Shown here piece by piece: positions 1 to 12,860 of a stretch of 64,000 nt of DNA. The notes beneath the pieces are model-generated. The model saw only the letters and a program-made list of their open reading frames with translations, did no database searches and had not been told where the DNA came from. Source of the stretch: Lama glama (Eukaryota); the NCBI GenBank assembly GCA_028534125.1, contig CM052817.1, forward strand, positions 53,446,001 through 53,510,000. The letters are read 5' to 3'. The first letter of the stretch is position 1. The number at the start of each line of letters is the position of its first letter. The position numbers were made by a program, and so were the translations under genes.

Positions 1-105
1 CGAGGAAAGAACAAATCACAACGGAATTTGGAAAATATTTCTGAACTACATTTCACTCAGTGAAAACACTACATACAAAATATGTGAGATGCAGCAAAAC
101 CAGTT
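1..105 (+). mobile_element. Old LINE-1 ORF2 fragment (endonuclease/linker region), cut by the window edge
   Basis: ggaaaatatttctgaac...tgaaaacactacatacaaaatatgtgagatgcagcaaaaccagtt resembles the L1 ORF2 segment encoding KYFELNENENTTYQNLWDAAKAV, with frameshifts. Confidence 0.7.
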
Positions 106-109
106 AACT

Positions 110-1345
110 CCTCATATCTGTGCTCCTAAACTGTAAGAACAATTATCTTCAGCTGAATGTATCTATTATATCAAAACACAGCATTTCTATAATTAAACTT
201 AAGATGTCCCCACTCCCAATTTGCCCCTCATCCAGTTTCTCCTCTCAGTGTATGGCCTACATGCATGCCAGGGTTTTATAGAAATCATGTTGCCCAAGCT
301 TACTTGTCAATTATCTTTCTAAACATTCATCAATTCTTTTCAATTTTTCCTTGGAAAATTTTCTTGACTCTACTCACTTATTTCCATCTCTATTCCACCA
401 CCTTGGTCCCACCACCTCTTCTAGCCTCTGAAGTTTATCTCCTCTTGACTTACATCTAGCGGGTTCCTCACAGAGAGGTCAAAATCACCTTTACATTTAA
501 AAAAAAAAACAATGAATTTCTAGAAAGTCTTCTAGGTGTGCTAGGATAGATTAAAATGACTTCGCTTTGGACAAAATTTGAAACCTTTCACATGGTTTAA
601 GATGCCTTTCATAGTTGCTTGTTTTAAGACTGTATTTTACTACTCTGTCTTCATACTCTTGTTCTTGAGACACTACAAGCATCGCCATTTCTTACACTCA
701 CTGTGGTAGGCAAAATAATTCACCTGCTTTCTAAATGATCACATCTTAACCCTGGAAACCTGTGAATATGTTATCCTACACGGTAAGTTACTTCACAAAT
801 GTGACTAAGTTAAGGATCTTGAGATGAGGAGGTACTCCCACAGTATCCCAGTTCACCCAATGCAATCACAAGAGTCCTTATAAATAAGTAAAAGTAGGAG
901 ACAGAAGAGTCAGAAGAGAGTTTGGGGTGATGTGACTGCTGGCTGGGAGGGACCCATAAGCCAAGATAAACGTAGGCAGACTCTAGAAGTGGCAAAAAGC
1001 AAGCAAACAGTTCTTTCTCAGAGTCTCCAAAACGAACACAGCTCTATCAACACCTCGATTTTAGCCTAGTGAGACTGATTTTGCACTTTGACTTCCAGAA
1101 CTGTTACATAATAAATGTGTGTTAAATCATTAAGTATGTGAACTCTGTTACAGAAGTAGTAGGTAACTAATACACTCACCATGTTCTTTTTGGCCTCAAA
1201 TTCTTTACATATACTCTATGCCCCTTACCTGGAAATGTCTGCTCTTCCTCACCTCGCTAATTTTTGCTCTTTCTTTATGCCTCAGATTAAATATCATTTC
1301 CAATGGAAAATCTTCTCTGCTTCTTACCTACAAACATTAGGTGCC
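110..1345 (+). mobile_element. LINE-2 (L2) 3' region, highly decayed, interrupted by an MLT1 LTR at 702-1174
   Basis: Pyrimidine-rich L2-like motifs (tccagtttctcctctcagtgtatggc; ggcctcaaattctttacatatactctatgccccttacctggaaatgtc) occur on both sides of the LTR. Confidence 0.6.
702..1174 (+). mobile_element. ERVL-MaLR solo LTR, MLT1D-like
   Basis: Starts tgtggtaggcaaaataat and ends aactaataca (TG...CA). Internal motifs ttaaggatcttgagatg and gacttccagaactgt...aataaa. Perfect 5-bp target-site duplication ctcac at 697-701 and 1175-1179. Confidence 0.9.
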
Positions 1346-1797
1346 TGTATTTGTTTCCTATTTAGTGTACACTTAGTGGCTTAAAAAAACAGACATTTAT
1401 TATTTTTCCTGTTCTGAAGGTCAGAAGTTCAAAATCACTTTCAATGGGCTAAAATCAAGGTGTTGTCAGGGCTAGTTCCAGCTAGAGGCTCCAGGGACAG
1501 TTTCCTTGATTTTCCCAGTTTCTAAAAGCCACGTACTTACTTGGCTCCTGGCTCATTCTTCCCTATACTTTAACCTCTTGCTTCCATGGTCATATCTCCT
1601 GCTATTAACCTTGATCTCCTCTTAAAAGGGTCCTTATGTTTACCTCAGATTTAGCAGCATAATACAGGATAATCTTCCCATTTCAAATTTCTTAATTTAA
1701 TCATGCGCCAACCCACTCTGCCATAAAAGGTAATATTCATAGGTTCTGGGGATTAGGATGTGAACATCTTTAAGGGGCCATTACACATCCTGTCACA
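1346..1797 (-). mobile_element. ERVL-MaLR solo LTR, MLT1 family (C/E-like)
   Basis: tgtatttgtttcctat...gggctaaaatcaaggtgt...ggtaatattcataggttctggggattaggatgtgaacatctttaaggggccatta are the antisense MLT1 hallmarks. Confidence 0.85.
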
Positions 1798-2365
1798 TCC
1801 TGTACTCCATACATACCCTGGAAGTATTTTCATAATTAAAAACATCTTATATGTCTTTGCAGAATCAAAATTATTTATTTATAACAACTTGTTTAATACT
1901 TACTTTTCCTTCTTGGCTGGATTCTTTACAAGGGCATTGAAAAAATATATATGTTTAGTGTAAAATAGAGAGTGGATATTTTTGGACAACTATGACTTCT
2001 ATATTTTGAAGTCTTGAAAATATTTTCATATGGCAAAAATAAACACTTTTAGGTATATTTTCTGATACCTGTGTCCAGGATAACCCTTGCCACTTTCAAA
2101 CGTGCAGATTTGTACCTACCTTTTGAAGCTAATCTCTGAGAGAAAGCAAGTAGGTAGAGCCTTGTCTATCTGAACATGATGAAAAGAAGGTACAAGTTAT
2201 CAAGGAGGATCCTAAGTTGGGAGTGATTTTTTTCTTCACTGAGGGAGACTAAAGTGGCCTGCATTGCAATATTCAACATTATCTTTTAATTCATAGAAGT
2301 TGATGAGAGTAAAGTTAAAGGCTAGAGTCCAGAACTAGGACAGAATATCAGAGAATACTCTAGTA

Positions 2366-4320
2366 CAGTGCTTTTTAAGCAATACTTAATAAAGGACTAG
2401 TTTTATCATTTTTAAATTAATACTCTGTCATAGTTAGAGAGCTTTATAAAACACAATAAATTACTAGAAAAAATGAAGTGAAAAAAATATAAGACCAAAT
2501 ATCACAGACATAAGGGAAAAGAGTTACAAAAACCATACATGTTTTTTATTAAATGTTCAAATTTTGTTGTGTAGAGAATTACTATTACACTCCCACTTTC
2601 TGTCTTTTCAAACTGTACAGTAATGAAAAGTTATCAGTGAAATGGCTATTTTCCATGTTAAGTCTCTTTACAAACATTTTGATGACTGTTATGCATGTCA
2701 GTACTTAAAGTATTTAACGTGACAAATGAGCTTGCTTCTTGCTTGGGAGATTTCCTAATCCAGGTGAGATAGATGAAAGCGGTACTTGCTGGGGATAACA
2801 TATAGCTACATGGTGTTTATATTTTGTTTTAATAATATGGGTAGAGAAGTTAGTCTCAGAGAGGTTTGTTAAGCTGAATGAAAGATGAAATTTAAAGTGA
2901 TTTCTGTCAATCTCAGAATGTTTATTTTTAACTGTTGCCCAAATGTAGCAAGTTACGCTGCTGTTCAAAATTCATTTTCAGTTACTCATCAGTAGCAATT
3001 CCAACAATTTATTCTGTACAATTATGATTAAATTTAAATCATTTTATGATTAAATAAATGAATTACATATTCACAGATTTCTCATATGTGACTCTTCTGT
3101 TAAAAACTCAAATAATAATTTTCTATAAAATTCTTAAGTTATTCAGTGATAACTTTTCATAGATCTGTAATATGAACATCCTCTACTTAACTGTTAATAA
3201 TTCTTAAATTAACAAATAAGTTAAAGAATCTGTGGAAATGGTTCTCCTAGACTTTCTAACTTTGGCTTTTGTTCTTTGATCTCATCTGCTTTTGAAAGCC
3301 GGGTTGCATTTGATCCTTTGCATGCAAAAATTAAAAACATTGCAAATACTGAATATAAGCAATATGAAAATAAGCTGCCCAATTTATAGCTATAAAAGTG
3401 GAATCAAACTGATTTTTATTGTAGAAATACTAAATGTTCAGTAATTACAGCTGTTTGAAGAGAACGTTTCATTCCTAGCATGCATTAATAGTTGTTTACG
3501 ATCAGCTTCCACATTACTATATAATAATAATCACAACTTTAATGTTTTAGCCTTTTGTAATTAATCTACATAATTACTGCAGAAGGTTTTCTGATATCAT
3601 ATCTGTTTCTTCAAAACACACTCCTACAAAATGTCAACTCCAAACTACATTTTCAAACTATATAATATTTTGTATGTTTATAAAATACAAAGATTTAGTT
3701 GTATTTCCAGCAATGAAGCTAAAAAAAAAAAACTATTCCTCCTTCCCATCACATACATTTTTTAAATGATCACGTTAGCCATATCTGGGCATTTACCAAG
3801 TTGCGATGAAAACTACCTTGATAGCTTTGTTCTCTGAGATAGTCCTTCTTATCATTAATTAGTCTATTCTGGAATATATCATTATCATATCAGAGCAAAG
3901 TGGTATTTTTACTACCATCTCTACTATAAGTTCACCCAACATTTCTAAGCAAATAGAATGGCATGGCTGTTGTATATTTTTCACGTTGGCTAACGTTACT
4001 TTATTAGAATCCTACAAAGCACTAATGTTCATAGGAAAACTATGAAACATCTGTTTCTAACAGCCTTTAATTCAATACTTGCTAGTTCAATTTTTTTTTG
4101 TTTTGAAATTTTTTTTTTTAGAATTTGCTCATAATTTCTGCTCAGGTTTTGATAGCTTTGTTGCTTCATTAGCCACATTATAACTCCACAAACAAGATAC
4201 TATCCTTTACATTCCTCCATCAATTATGGCTACAAAACTGAACCTGGTACACAAAAGATCATGCGTCTAGATAAAAGCAGTAGTATGTCTTTGGGACTTC
4301 TTCAAGGTTACTTCTGTTAG
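2366..4320 (-). mobile_element. hAT-Charlie DNA transposon relic (Charlie10/MER113-like) with a degraded transposase
   Basis: Terminus cagtgcttttt at 2366 follows ctctagta (NTCTAGAN-like Charlie target). Minus-strand peptides FSFVAIIDGG, CLEMLGE, KCSLELTF/VGVC, NVEADRKQLLMHA, IFSICNVFNFCMQ and C-terminal SKKQAHLSR occur in hAT transposase order. Confidence 0.85.
2714..4300 (-). pseudogene. Degraded Charlie/Buster-type transposase ORF (many stops, frameshifts, deletions)
   Basis: ORF 2714..2968 ends ...SETNFSTHIIKTKYKHHVAICYPQQVPLSSISPGLGNLPSKKQAHLSR, matching the hAT C-terminal dimerisation domain as remembered from SCAND3/ZBED9 (...CETGFSTLSVIKTKHRN...YPLRVALSSIQPRLDKLTSKKQAHLSH). Confidence 0.8.
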
Positions 4321-4321
4321 G

Positions 4322-4693
4322 GCACTTAGTCTGCTTGGGCTGCCATAACAAAATGCTATAGACTGGGGAAACTGTAACCTGAAATTTATTTTCTCACAGT
4401 TCTGGAAGTCTGGGATGATGATACTATCAAAAATAGGTTCTGATGAGAACTTCTTCCATGTTTGCAAACGCCTGCCTTCTCACTATGTAGTCCCATGGCT
4501 CTTCTCAGTGCACGCACATGGCGAGAATGAGAGAAAGCTCTCTTGTGTCTCTTCTTATATAAGCACTAAGCCCATGGACCTCATCTAACTCTCATTCCCA
4601 TCTAAAGGCTCCATCCTTAGATATCATCACATTGGGGGTAAGGGCTTCAACACATGAATCTGGGGGCAGGGCACACACATTCAGGCATCAATA
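4322..4693 (-). mobile_element. ERVL-MaLR solo LTR, MLT1A-like
   Basis: cttagtctgcttgggctgccataacaaaatgctatagactggg...ctcacagttctggaagtctggga...atcacattgggggtaagggcttcaacacatgaat. Confidence 0.85.
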
Positions 4694-5444
4694 TTGTTCA
4701 ATGTCTTAAGAAATGGAAAAATTCACTATAGAACCATTTAAAACTTCAATGTTCTTGACTTTTTGGAAAATTTGGGACTGCCCAAAACTGGACCATTTAG
4801 AGCCTCCCTTTCCCATCACCCACTTCTTCTCTTTCTTTGTACCATCTTTGGTCTTCCTTCAGCTTCTGTGAATCTTTTATCTGCACCCTTTCAACGTTTG
4901 CAACTCCTCCATCCCTCTGTCCACCTCTGCAGATCTTTCCCTTCTCATTCTGATCCCTATAGTAACTTCAAACTCCAGTTTCACTGGGGGTCTCAAAGGG
5001 CTCAGGAACCCTAAAGTCAACTACTTAAGAATGAAAAAGCAACCTGGAAAGAGGGTGGATATCATATCACTCATACATGCTTGGAGACACCAAGATGGGT
5101 ACTTGCTTCCCGCTTCGTCCCTTGTCCAAAATTTTATCTACAGGCTAAATAAAATTACATGCCAGAGGGGGAAAAAAGGCTTAAGCTCTCTCCCACAGAT
5201 GTTAGTGGGTATTCTTTAAATTTCATATTAAACAGGTAGCCTCAAATTTTCCCATCTGCCAGAAACACAATCTGGGTAAAAATGTAAATGAGGAGATGAG
5301 AGCCAGACCGTTTCTACAAACCAGTGAGTTTTGTATTTCTGTGTTTATGTCAGACTCATAGCTGAAATTGTAGAATTGAACCTATAAGCTCTGGATTTGG
5401 GTCTGTTTGGTCTGTATATATAAGTATGCATATGCATATGTATA

Positions 5445-5695
5445 TGCTTATCAACTGAATTATGACCCTCCCTCAATTTATATATTGAATCTCTAACCCC
5501 TAAAATGACTGTATTTGGAGACAGGGTCTTTAGGGAGGTAATTATGGTTAAATGAAGCCAAAGGGTAGAGCTCTAATCTGATAAGGCTGATGTGCTTACA
5601 AGAAGAGAAAGAGACACTAGAGAATTCTGTCTGTCTCTCCCCATCTCTCTCCACACACAGAAGAAAGGCTATGTGAGAGGCAGCCATCTGCGAGC
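5445..5695 (+). mobile_element. ERVL-MaLR LTR, MLT1A-like, 3' part lost in the assembly gap
   Basis: actgaattatgaccctccctcaatttatatattgaa...gactgtatttggagacagggtctttagggaggtaatta...gcagccatctgc. Confidence 0.8.
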
Positions 5696-6195
5696 NNNNN
5701 NNNNNNNNNNNNNNNNNNNNNNNNNNNNNNNNNNNNNNNNNNNNNNNNNNNNNNNNNNNNNNNNNNNNNNNNNNNNNNNNNNNNNNNNNNNNNNNNNNNN
5801 NNNNNNNNNNNNNNNNNNNNNNNNNNNNNNNNNNNNNNNNNNNNNNNNNNNNNNNNNNNNNNNNNNNNNNNNNNNNNNNNNNNNNNNNNNNNNNNNNNNN
5901 NNNNNNNNNNNNNNNNNNNNNNNNNNNNNNNNNNNNNNNNNNNNNNNNNNNNNNNNNNNNNNNNNNNNNNNNNNNNNNNNNNNNNNNNNNNNNNNNNNNN
6001 NNNNNNNNNNNNNNNNNNNNNNNNNNNNNNNNNNNNNNNNNNNNNNNNNNNNNNNNNNNNNNNNNNNNNNNNNNNNNNNNNNNNNNNNNNNNNNNNNNNN
6101 NNNNNNNNNNNNNNNNNNNNNNNNNNNNNNNNNNNNNNNNNNNNNNNNNNNNNNNNNNNNNNNNNNNNNNNNNNNNNNNNNNNNNNNNNNNNNNN
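5696..6195. other. Assembly gap (500 N)
   Basis: Run of exactly 500 n characters; the round number suggests a scaffold placeholder. Confidence 0.99.
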
Positions 6196-9100
6196 CCCAA
6201 AATTGCCAGAAATTAAGGCTAATATATATTTTTTTCTATTTGGCTATGTTCCTCCTAAACTTATGTTACTGACTGAGTATGCTTACGTTACATCTACTGG
6301 TGTTTAAGAATATGAAAATGTAAATTTGTGATTAATCAAATTGAAATTATTTTGACAAACTTTATTTCAACAGTAATTATGTTTTATAGTATAGTAATTA
6401 TGTTTTATAGAAATTAAAGACATAATTTCTAAGATCTTTTGGTAACTTAAAATCTCAGACTTATGTTGCATTAGGTTAATTAATGACTTTTTAAAATGCC
6501 TAAATCATTTCTAAGTAAGATAAAATACTGACATATAAATTACTAGGCCCAATTTTCAGGCTCTATGTATTTGAGTCTGTTGATGAATGTTATTCATTTT
6601 TGGCCACATTTACAAGTTATATTACAAGGACATAAATGGTTATAAAAATTAGGATATGTCTATTCTTAATCTCTACTACAAAATTCTGGTTTATAACAGA
6701 CAGTTCACAATTATCCACTTTATAGTTTTCTCTGTGAATTAGAAGTTAATATATTTAAAATTTATAACAATATATGTTAATGAGACACTACCAGAAGAAA
6801 GTGGCAGAGAAAAGCAAATTTCTATACAAGGTATTCAGGAAATACTTTTGTTAGGGAAAAAAAAGGAGTAGTTTTGTCCCAATGTAAAATGATTAGTTGT
6901 TCCCTATAAGAAGGAGGAAAATGTAGAAGAAAACCTGAAAGGATGTAGAAAGTTGTAAAGTTCCACAGAAAGGAAATTTTATTTGTTGTGTTCAAAGCTA
7001 TCAAAAGTTTGATGAGTTTGTTTATAAAAACTGTTTGAAAAGTGCTTTTGTATAAAATAATATACTGATACAAAACTAGAATCTGGTTTTCCCTCTGTTA
7101 AAGTGACAAATTTTCTTAAATTATTGGTTTGTTATTGATAAGAAGTTGTAAAAAGGTGTGTCTTTACCTTCTGAATAAACTGCCTAGAAGGCAAAAATTT
7201 TGTGTCATATCAGAATTGTTTCTGTGCTTTATTTTGACTTTATCATGACCTTAATTAGTTAAGAAAATAGTTTTCTTACTTTTGAGCTAAGTTCTTATTC
7301 CACCTTATGTATACTTTGAAAATCGCTTATTGTCACTTTGATTTTTGATTGACTTTGTTTTGTGTGCCACAGAAAAGCAATTTCCTTGTCAGCTGAATTT
7401 TTTTTTCTGAAAGAATTTCCATCAGAGCCTTCATTTTTTAAAATTATCAATGGTAATCCTAACTATCTTAAAATCTTGCATACTCTACACATAGTTTTTG
7501 TTTTATTCTCATGCTTCCTTAAAAACACTTACAAATCAGCTACAGAATAGAATTCTGTCTTCAAAAAAAGACTGTTTCAGAGACCCTTAGAAAATGACTC
7601 TGCCGGGTCCTCCTGGGCATAGGTTTCCGATGGCATTGCTTAAGTAACTTTGAGACCATACCACTGGACCAAGTCAAGAGTGCCAGAACCCTAATGTAGA
7701 AGCAAATGGGTTCATGAGACTGTTAACCCCAAATCAATCAGAACAAGAATTAATCATTAAAAAGAAATAAGAAGAGATGATTATAAGTTTTGCTTAGAAA
7801 ATTACTGATTTAATATCCTATTTTCTGGATATAACCAACGCTTTTCTCTTTTCTCTTATTCTCTCTGTAACTCCTAACAACTTTGTAGACTTGATTCTGG
7901 CAAACAGAAATGGAACACTGATCCTGATCCATTCAGATTGTAGAGACTCTTACTGATTGAATGTTCTTATTTTATGGCAGTATAATTTTGGTTTAGGTTA
8001 ATTAAGTTTCTGTCTTCCTTTGTTAGCAAGACATAATTGAAAACATTGGTAATAAACCAATACTTTCACTGGAATGTTATATTTGAGAATGATGCTTTTA
8101 ATCACATATGACTGGACGCTGCTAAGGAGTTCAAGTTGACTTCATGAAATCAAAATTCACAAAGCCCTATAAGGAAAACTAATGAAGTACCTAGCTTTAT
8201 AGAGCTTCCAGACTTACAGTTGGTGAAGATCAGCATTTCTTTGAAGGCACAGGGAGCTTAGGATATTTTGTGGACCTTTAGAAGAGAGAAACTCATCCAA
8301 AGTTATAGGTACTGCAGGTGAAATATAATGATGAGTTCATGGTGTGGTTCCTAGCCTTAAGAGGTTTTTGAAGCCCTATCTGAGATTCCTTATGAAAAAT
8401 TTTAGCCTGGCAAATTTTAAAAGATCTGTAAGGGTAAATCACTATTCTTACTCTACCTGTGTAAATAATGAGGCCAAATCTAGTGAGAGAAGCTTTAATT
8501 TATGATGTAGAATAACCTTTAGTTGACATTATCTTTGATCAAAGGAAAGGTGACTACAGAAAGAAATTTTGTGTTTCAATGGACAATTGTATCACATCCA
8601 TGCAGGTTATCATATTCTGGCCCTATTAATTGTTTTTTGAGCTATTTTGTACCACTTTGCAAATGTTAAGTAACCAATGGATATGAAAAACTAGTTTTAT
8701 TACATACATTTCTATTAGACTAGAACCTTTCATCTGGCATGTATTCTCAACCGTTACAATATTTTCAATTCTTCTGGTTTCCTTCAATATCTGACTATAC
8801 CCCCAACTGATGCTTCCAACTTTTCCCCTTCCTTCCTTCCTTGAATTACCAAGAGCTAAAATCTGACTAAAGAGACTCTTAAGCGGACTCTAGGTTGCCA
8901 TGTGGCAGAACTTTTCCCCCAACGTCTGAAGAAGCACTGTGAACTAAAGTCTGAAGACCTGATGACCTTGAAGGACTCATCACTGCAGTAGTTTAGACAT
9001 AGGACAGGGTCCTTCCTGGGCAATCTGCTGTCTGGGTCATCAAGAAGTCTTATAAAATGCTCTGGTCTTGCAAGCTCTTAGAGGAGAGAGAACTGGAACA

Positions 9101-9479
9101 TCAACATCTTATTAGCTTCATGAAACTCAACAAGCTGCGCTGTATAACTGAAAGATTGTCATCCATAAACCCTCAGAATTCACAGGACTGAATACTGTCT
9201 GGGGTTCAACTTCTGACTTTTGGCTTTAATATGGTCTTTTACATTAATATTTTGCACTTCCATTAGAAGCATTCTTCTTTTAAGATGATTGAACCTAACA
9301 AAACTGACCTTTGCTACCATCTCTCAACAGATGATTTAACTGATTTTCCAAGAGCAATGCCAACAGGAGTCCCCAGGAGCCTACTTCTTAGAACCTACTT
9401 TGCCCCAGTCTGGTTTACAATCCCCTCTGAGTAATTCAGCAATGACTGATAATCATTCGGCTTAAGCAGATGGGGGAAC

Positions 9480-10119
9480 TGACCTGAGCCCTGTGCTCCT
9501 GGAAAACAGCTACAGATAAGAAATTCCCTCTTGATCCTTTTGTGTTCTGTAAAACAACTTACTGCAAAGAACCACTCTTCCTCATATGACATAGATAAGA
9601 GTCAAGGATGCTTCCCACCTTATTTACCTATGACAAGGCTAGACACAGACCAAATTCCAATTCTTTGTCTCATCCATGAGTAGCTAAACTGTTTAAACTC
9701 ACTGACTAATCCGGACAACCTACCTGCCAACCTTCCTTGAGCAAACTTTAAAATTTTTTCCTCCCTTCCGAAAACAGGAAATTGAATTTTGACCCATGTC
9801 CAAACTAACCAGCATTGGAATATGAACCAACTTTCATAAAAACTCCTCTGGAGAATCAAGAATCAGCTGACCATAAGGGAGACATTTTTCTGATCAACTG
9901 TTTGATGACATCACACAATCATCTAACCTTGTTACTCATCCTAAACAAGAAAATTCCTTTTTGCCTGACATTGAAGAGACTTGCAGATCTTATTTATGGT
10001 CAGAGGATTCTCCCCATTTTAAGAGTCTCCCTCACTCTATGGCAATAGTGCCCTTCCTTCTATTACAATTGTCCCTTTTAATAAAGCTTCTCTTTACCTA
10101 AGATTTTTTTATACTATCA
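9480..10119 (+). mobile_element. ERV1 3' LTR, MER39/MER34-like
   Basis: Begins TG after the PPT. Contains cttactgcaaagaaccactcttcctcatatgacatagataaga and tttacctatgacaaggctagacacagacc; aataaa near 10080; ends ...ca at about 10119. Confidence 0.75.
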
Positions 10120-10927
10120 TTCTGCAACATTCGGAAAAGTTTTATCTTTTCTTGAAAGAGTATTTCAGTGAAAAACATTTCAGAATCTGTACATTAGAAG
10201 TGACAACAAATAATATGAATGTCACTTTCCCTATTTTACCAAGTACTGTTAAACTATAAAAACAGGCTTAATTAAAACACAAAACGATGTCGAAATAATG
10301 AGGCATAAAAAAACAAATGACATGTTTTCTCAAATTATATGTCATTTTCAGTTATAGTTTACAAACTAACTTTAAAACACCACATGTTGTGTTGTGATTC
10401 TACCACATATAAGCATCTCACTCTGCATCAACTTATTTCTCAAGATGAACTTCACCAAAACTAGTCCAAACCTGCTACATGATACAAGTCAACTGATCAC
10501 TTACTAGTATGCAGTAGGTTGTCAAATTACTATTTTAAAAATTCCAACTACTCTTCTTAATTTCTATATTTATCTTTTCATGTAGTAGTAACAAATATTT
10601 TGCAGGTCAATTCTGCAGGCCATGGGTTTAATAACACTCACTATGAATTCATAGGCTTTGTGGTTTGGTTCTAAGGCAGTTCCTAGTGCTAGAGATAATT
10701 TTGTCACCTATTGCAACAATGGTTGGATTTTGGAATAAAAGCTCCCTATTGTTCAGTTTCTCCTCCATTCTCCTATTCCTCTCTACAAAGTGTGGAGTTT
10801 TCAATAAGGCAGGAAGTCAGTGGATAAGATGTCAGCATTAAGACTGAATAATAAAAGTATTCCTAGTTTCAATACGGCTAAATAACATTAGCTAAGGACT
10901 ACCCAATTTTAAAATACTGATTTCCTT

Positions 10928-11156
10928 GGGAGTTCAAGACTTGCAGAACTGAGTGGTATATATAAAATAGATAAACAAGTTTACACTGTTTAGCACAGGG
11001 AGCTGTATTCAATATCTTGTAGTAGCTTATGGTGAAAAAGAATATGAAAACAAATATATGTATATTATGTATGACTTAAACATTGTGCTGCACACCAGAA
11101 ATTGACACATTGTAAACTGACTATACTTCAATTTTAAAAATTATTAAATATAAATA
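10928..11156 (+). mobile_element. 5'-truncated LINE-1 3' end (lineage-specific, camelid/cetartiodactyl type)
   Basis: tatataaaatagataaacaagtt...agcacagggagctgtattcaatatcttgtagtagctta...cattgtaaactgactatacttcaa with an A-rich tail. Imperfect TSD aaaatactgatttcct / aaaatattaattttct, the first copy preceded by tttt (L1 endonuclease site). Confidence 0.85.
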
Positions 11157-12680
11157 AAAATATTAATTTTCTAAATTAATTTTAAAGATAAGAGAAATAG
11201 ATATGTTCTTTGTATCTTTGAAGATCAATGGATAAATTTCTAATCCACTCTAGATTAGATTCATTTCTAGCGTTTCTTTTTTCATGTTCTCTTACCATGT
11301 TTTAATGTGATTTTTAAGTTCACTTGATATCATCTCTTTAATGTATTTCTTCAACAGGTGAAAAATATAACTAATTGGAAATTAATCAAAATATCAATAG
11401 TACAGAATTTGCTGCACAATCAACTTAAGTTGAAATCCTAATATTTAATCTTCAACATTAAACATTTTGTTATTTCAGCTCTGAAAGATAGGCTTAAGTA
11501 CTTAAACATAGTCTATATATATGGTTGATATGCTACTGAAGAAATTACTTGAAATACATAAATATTATTTAGGGACAATATTGGTGTGTGGGCAGAGCAT
11601 ACTAACATCAACAAGATTTTTAAAAAGTCATGCAGTCACCTTACCCGGCACAGAAAGAGTACATTAACATGGAAAAGCAGATTCTTGAACTCAGTACTCA
11701 CTTTTTCACTAAACAACAGATTTAGTGGCCACAGTGGGAGTGAATTAACATTTTTACTATTTCTTGATACATGAGATCAAAGTCAGGAAGCACATCAATG
11801 TTCACAAAACATTTACCATGAATGAAGTTGTATGTAAATTAGTATTAAAGTATATTCAAACAGGTCCACAAAGTAATCCCTCTCTTTCCTCCTAACTCCC
11901 CTGACGAGGTCACAGCCACAAAGGCCAAAGACACAAAATAAGTGGTAACCAAGTAAAAAAATCTCTTTTCTTGTAGCATAAGTTCCTCATTAATAGATTG
12001 ACAAAAAAAGTCATCAACTATGATTCCCTCATATCTATAAGGTGCATGGGCCAAGAATTTATTCACAATCTGCACATTTGGTTTCATTCAACTGGTTAGC
12101 AAAATACCTGTAGGCACTTACACATAGTAATTATTATTCTTCCTTTAATACATAGCTAATATTATGCATCACCTTAAAATATCATTCAATAAGATTTTTG
12201 ACAAAACTTCCTCTGCTTTCTCTTTGTGTGTAGTATTTGTCATTAATACTGCAGTTGCTATACAGTTTGTTTAAAGTGTTTTTTCAGTAAAGTGTGAAAC
12301 CTTAAATGCTTCCCCTACTTTTGGTCTCTTGTGTACTTCAGCAAAAAATTAATCCATTTTACTGCGTAGAAATTATTTTATGCATTTTTTTTAATCTCCC
12401 TTAGTTTACTGGATCAAGAATAAAAGAATCAATGACAATTTTCAACTTATCACGTTCAGTTCTCTCTCCCTGACTCCTGCAATGAGTGAGTATCATTACT
12501 ACCACTACCACCATCAGCCTACCAGGTGTTTGGGATTCCCTCTACTGGGGAAGCCTAGAAGGTGTCTCAGACTACAAGGTGGTGGGTCAGTCACAGATAA
12601 TGAGACATCTGGGAGTTGGCAAAATGAAGCTAGAGTCTCTATTACAGGACAGTTTTATTGCAACTGGGTGTTCATACGAT

Positions 12681-12860
12681 AAGTGAAGTCAGCAAGAGAA
12701 AGAAAAATACTATATGATATTGCTTATATGAGGAATCTGAAAAAAAGGGGGGGCACAAATGAACTTATCCACAAAACAGAAACAGACTTACAGACATGGA
12801 GAACAAACTTGTGGTTACCAGTGGGGAAAAGCTGTGGGAAGAAATAAACCAGGAATTTGA
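12681..12860 (+). mobile_element. LINE-1 3' UTR fragment (laurasiatherian L1MA-derived type)
   Basis: aagtgaagtcagc...atatgaggaatctgaaaaaa...caaatgaacttatccacaaaacagaaacagacttacagacatggagaacaaacttgtggttacca. Confidence 0.8.

Larger units (their letters stand above)
4760..9479 (+). mobile_element. ERV1-class non-autonomous internal sequence (MER4-group / MER34-int-like), AT-rich, no intact ORFs
   Basis: Long AT-rich tract typical of MER4-group internals, ending in a polypurine-tract-like agatgggggaac directly before a TG-initiated LTR at 9480. 5' boundary approximate; interrupted by an MLT1A LTR and the N gap. Confidence 0.65.

Noticed and set aside
5493..6272. Long ORFs of 235 and 226 aa in the ORF track
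   Set aside because: Artefacts of translating through the 500-N gap
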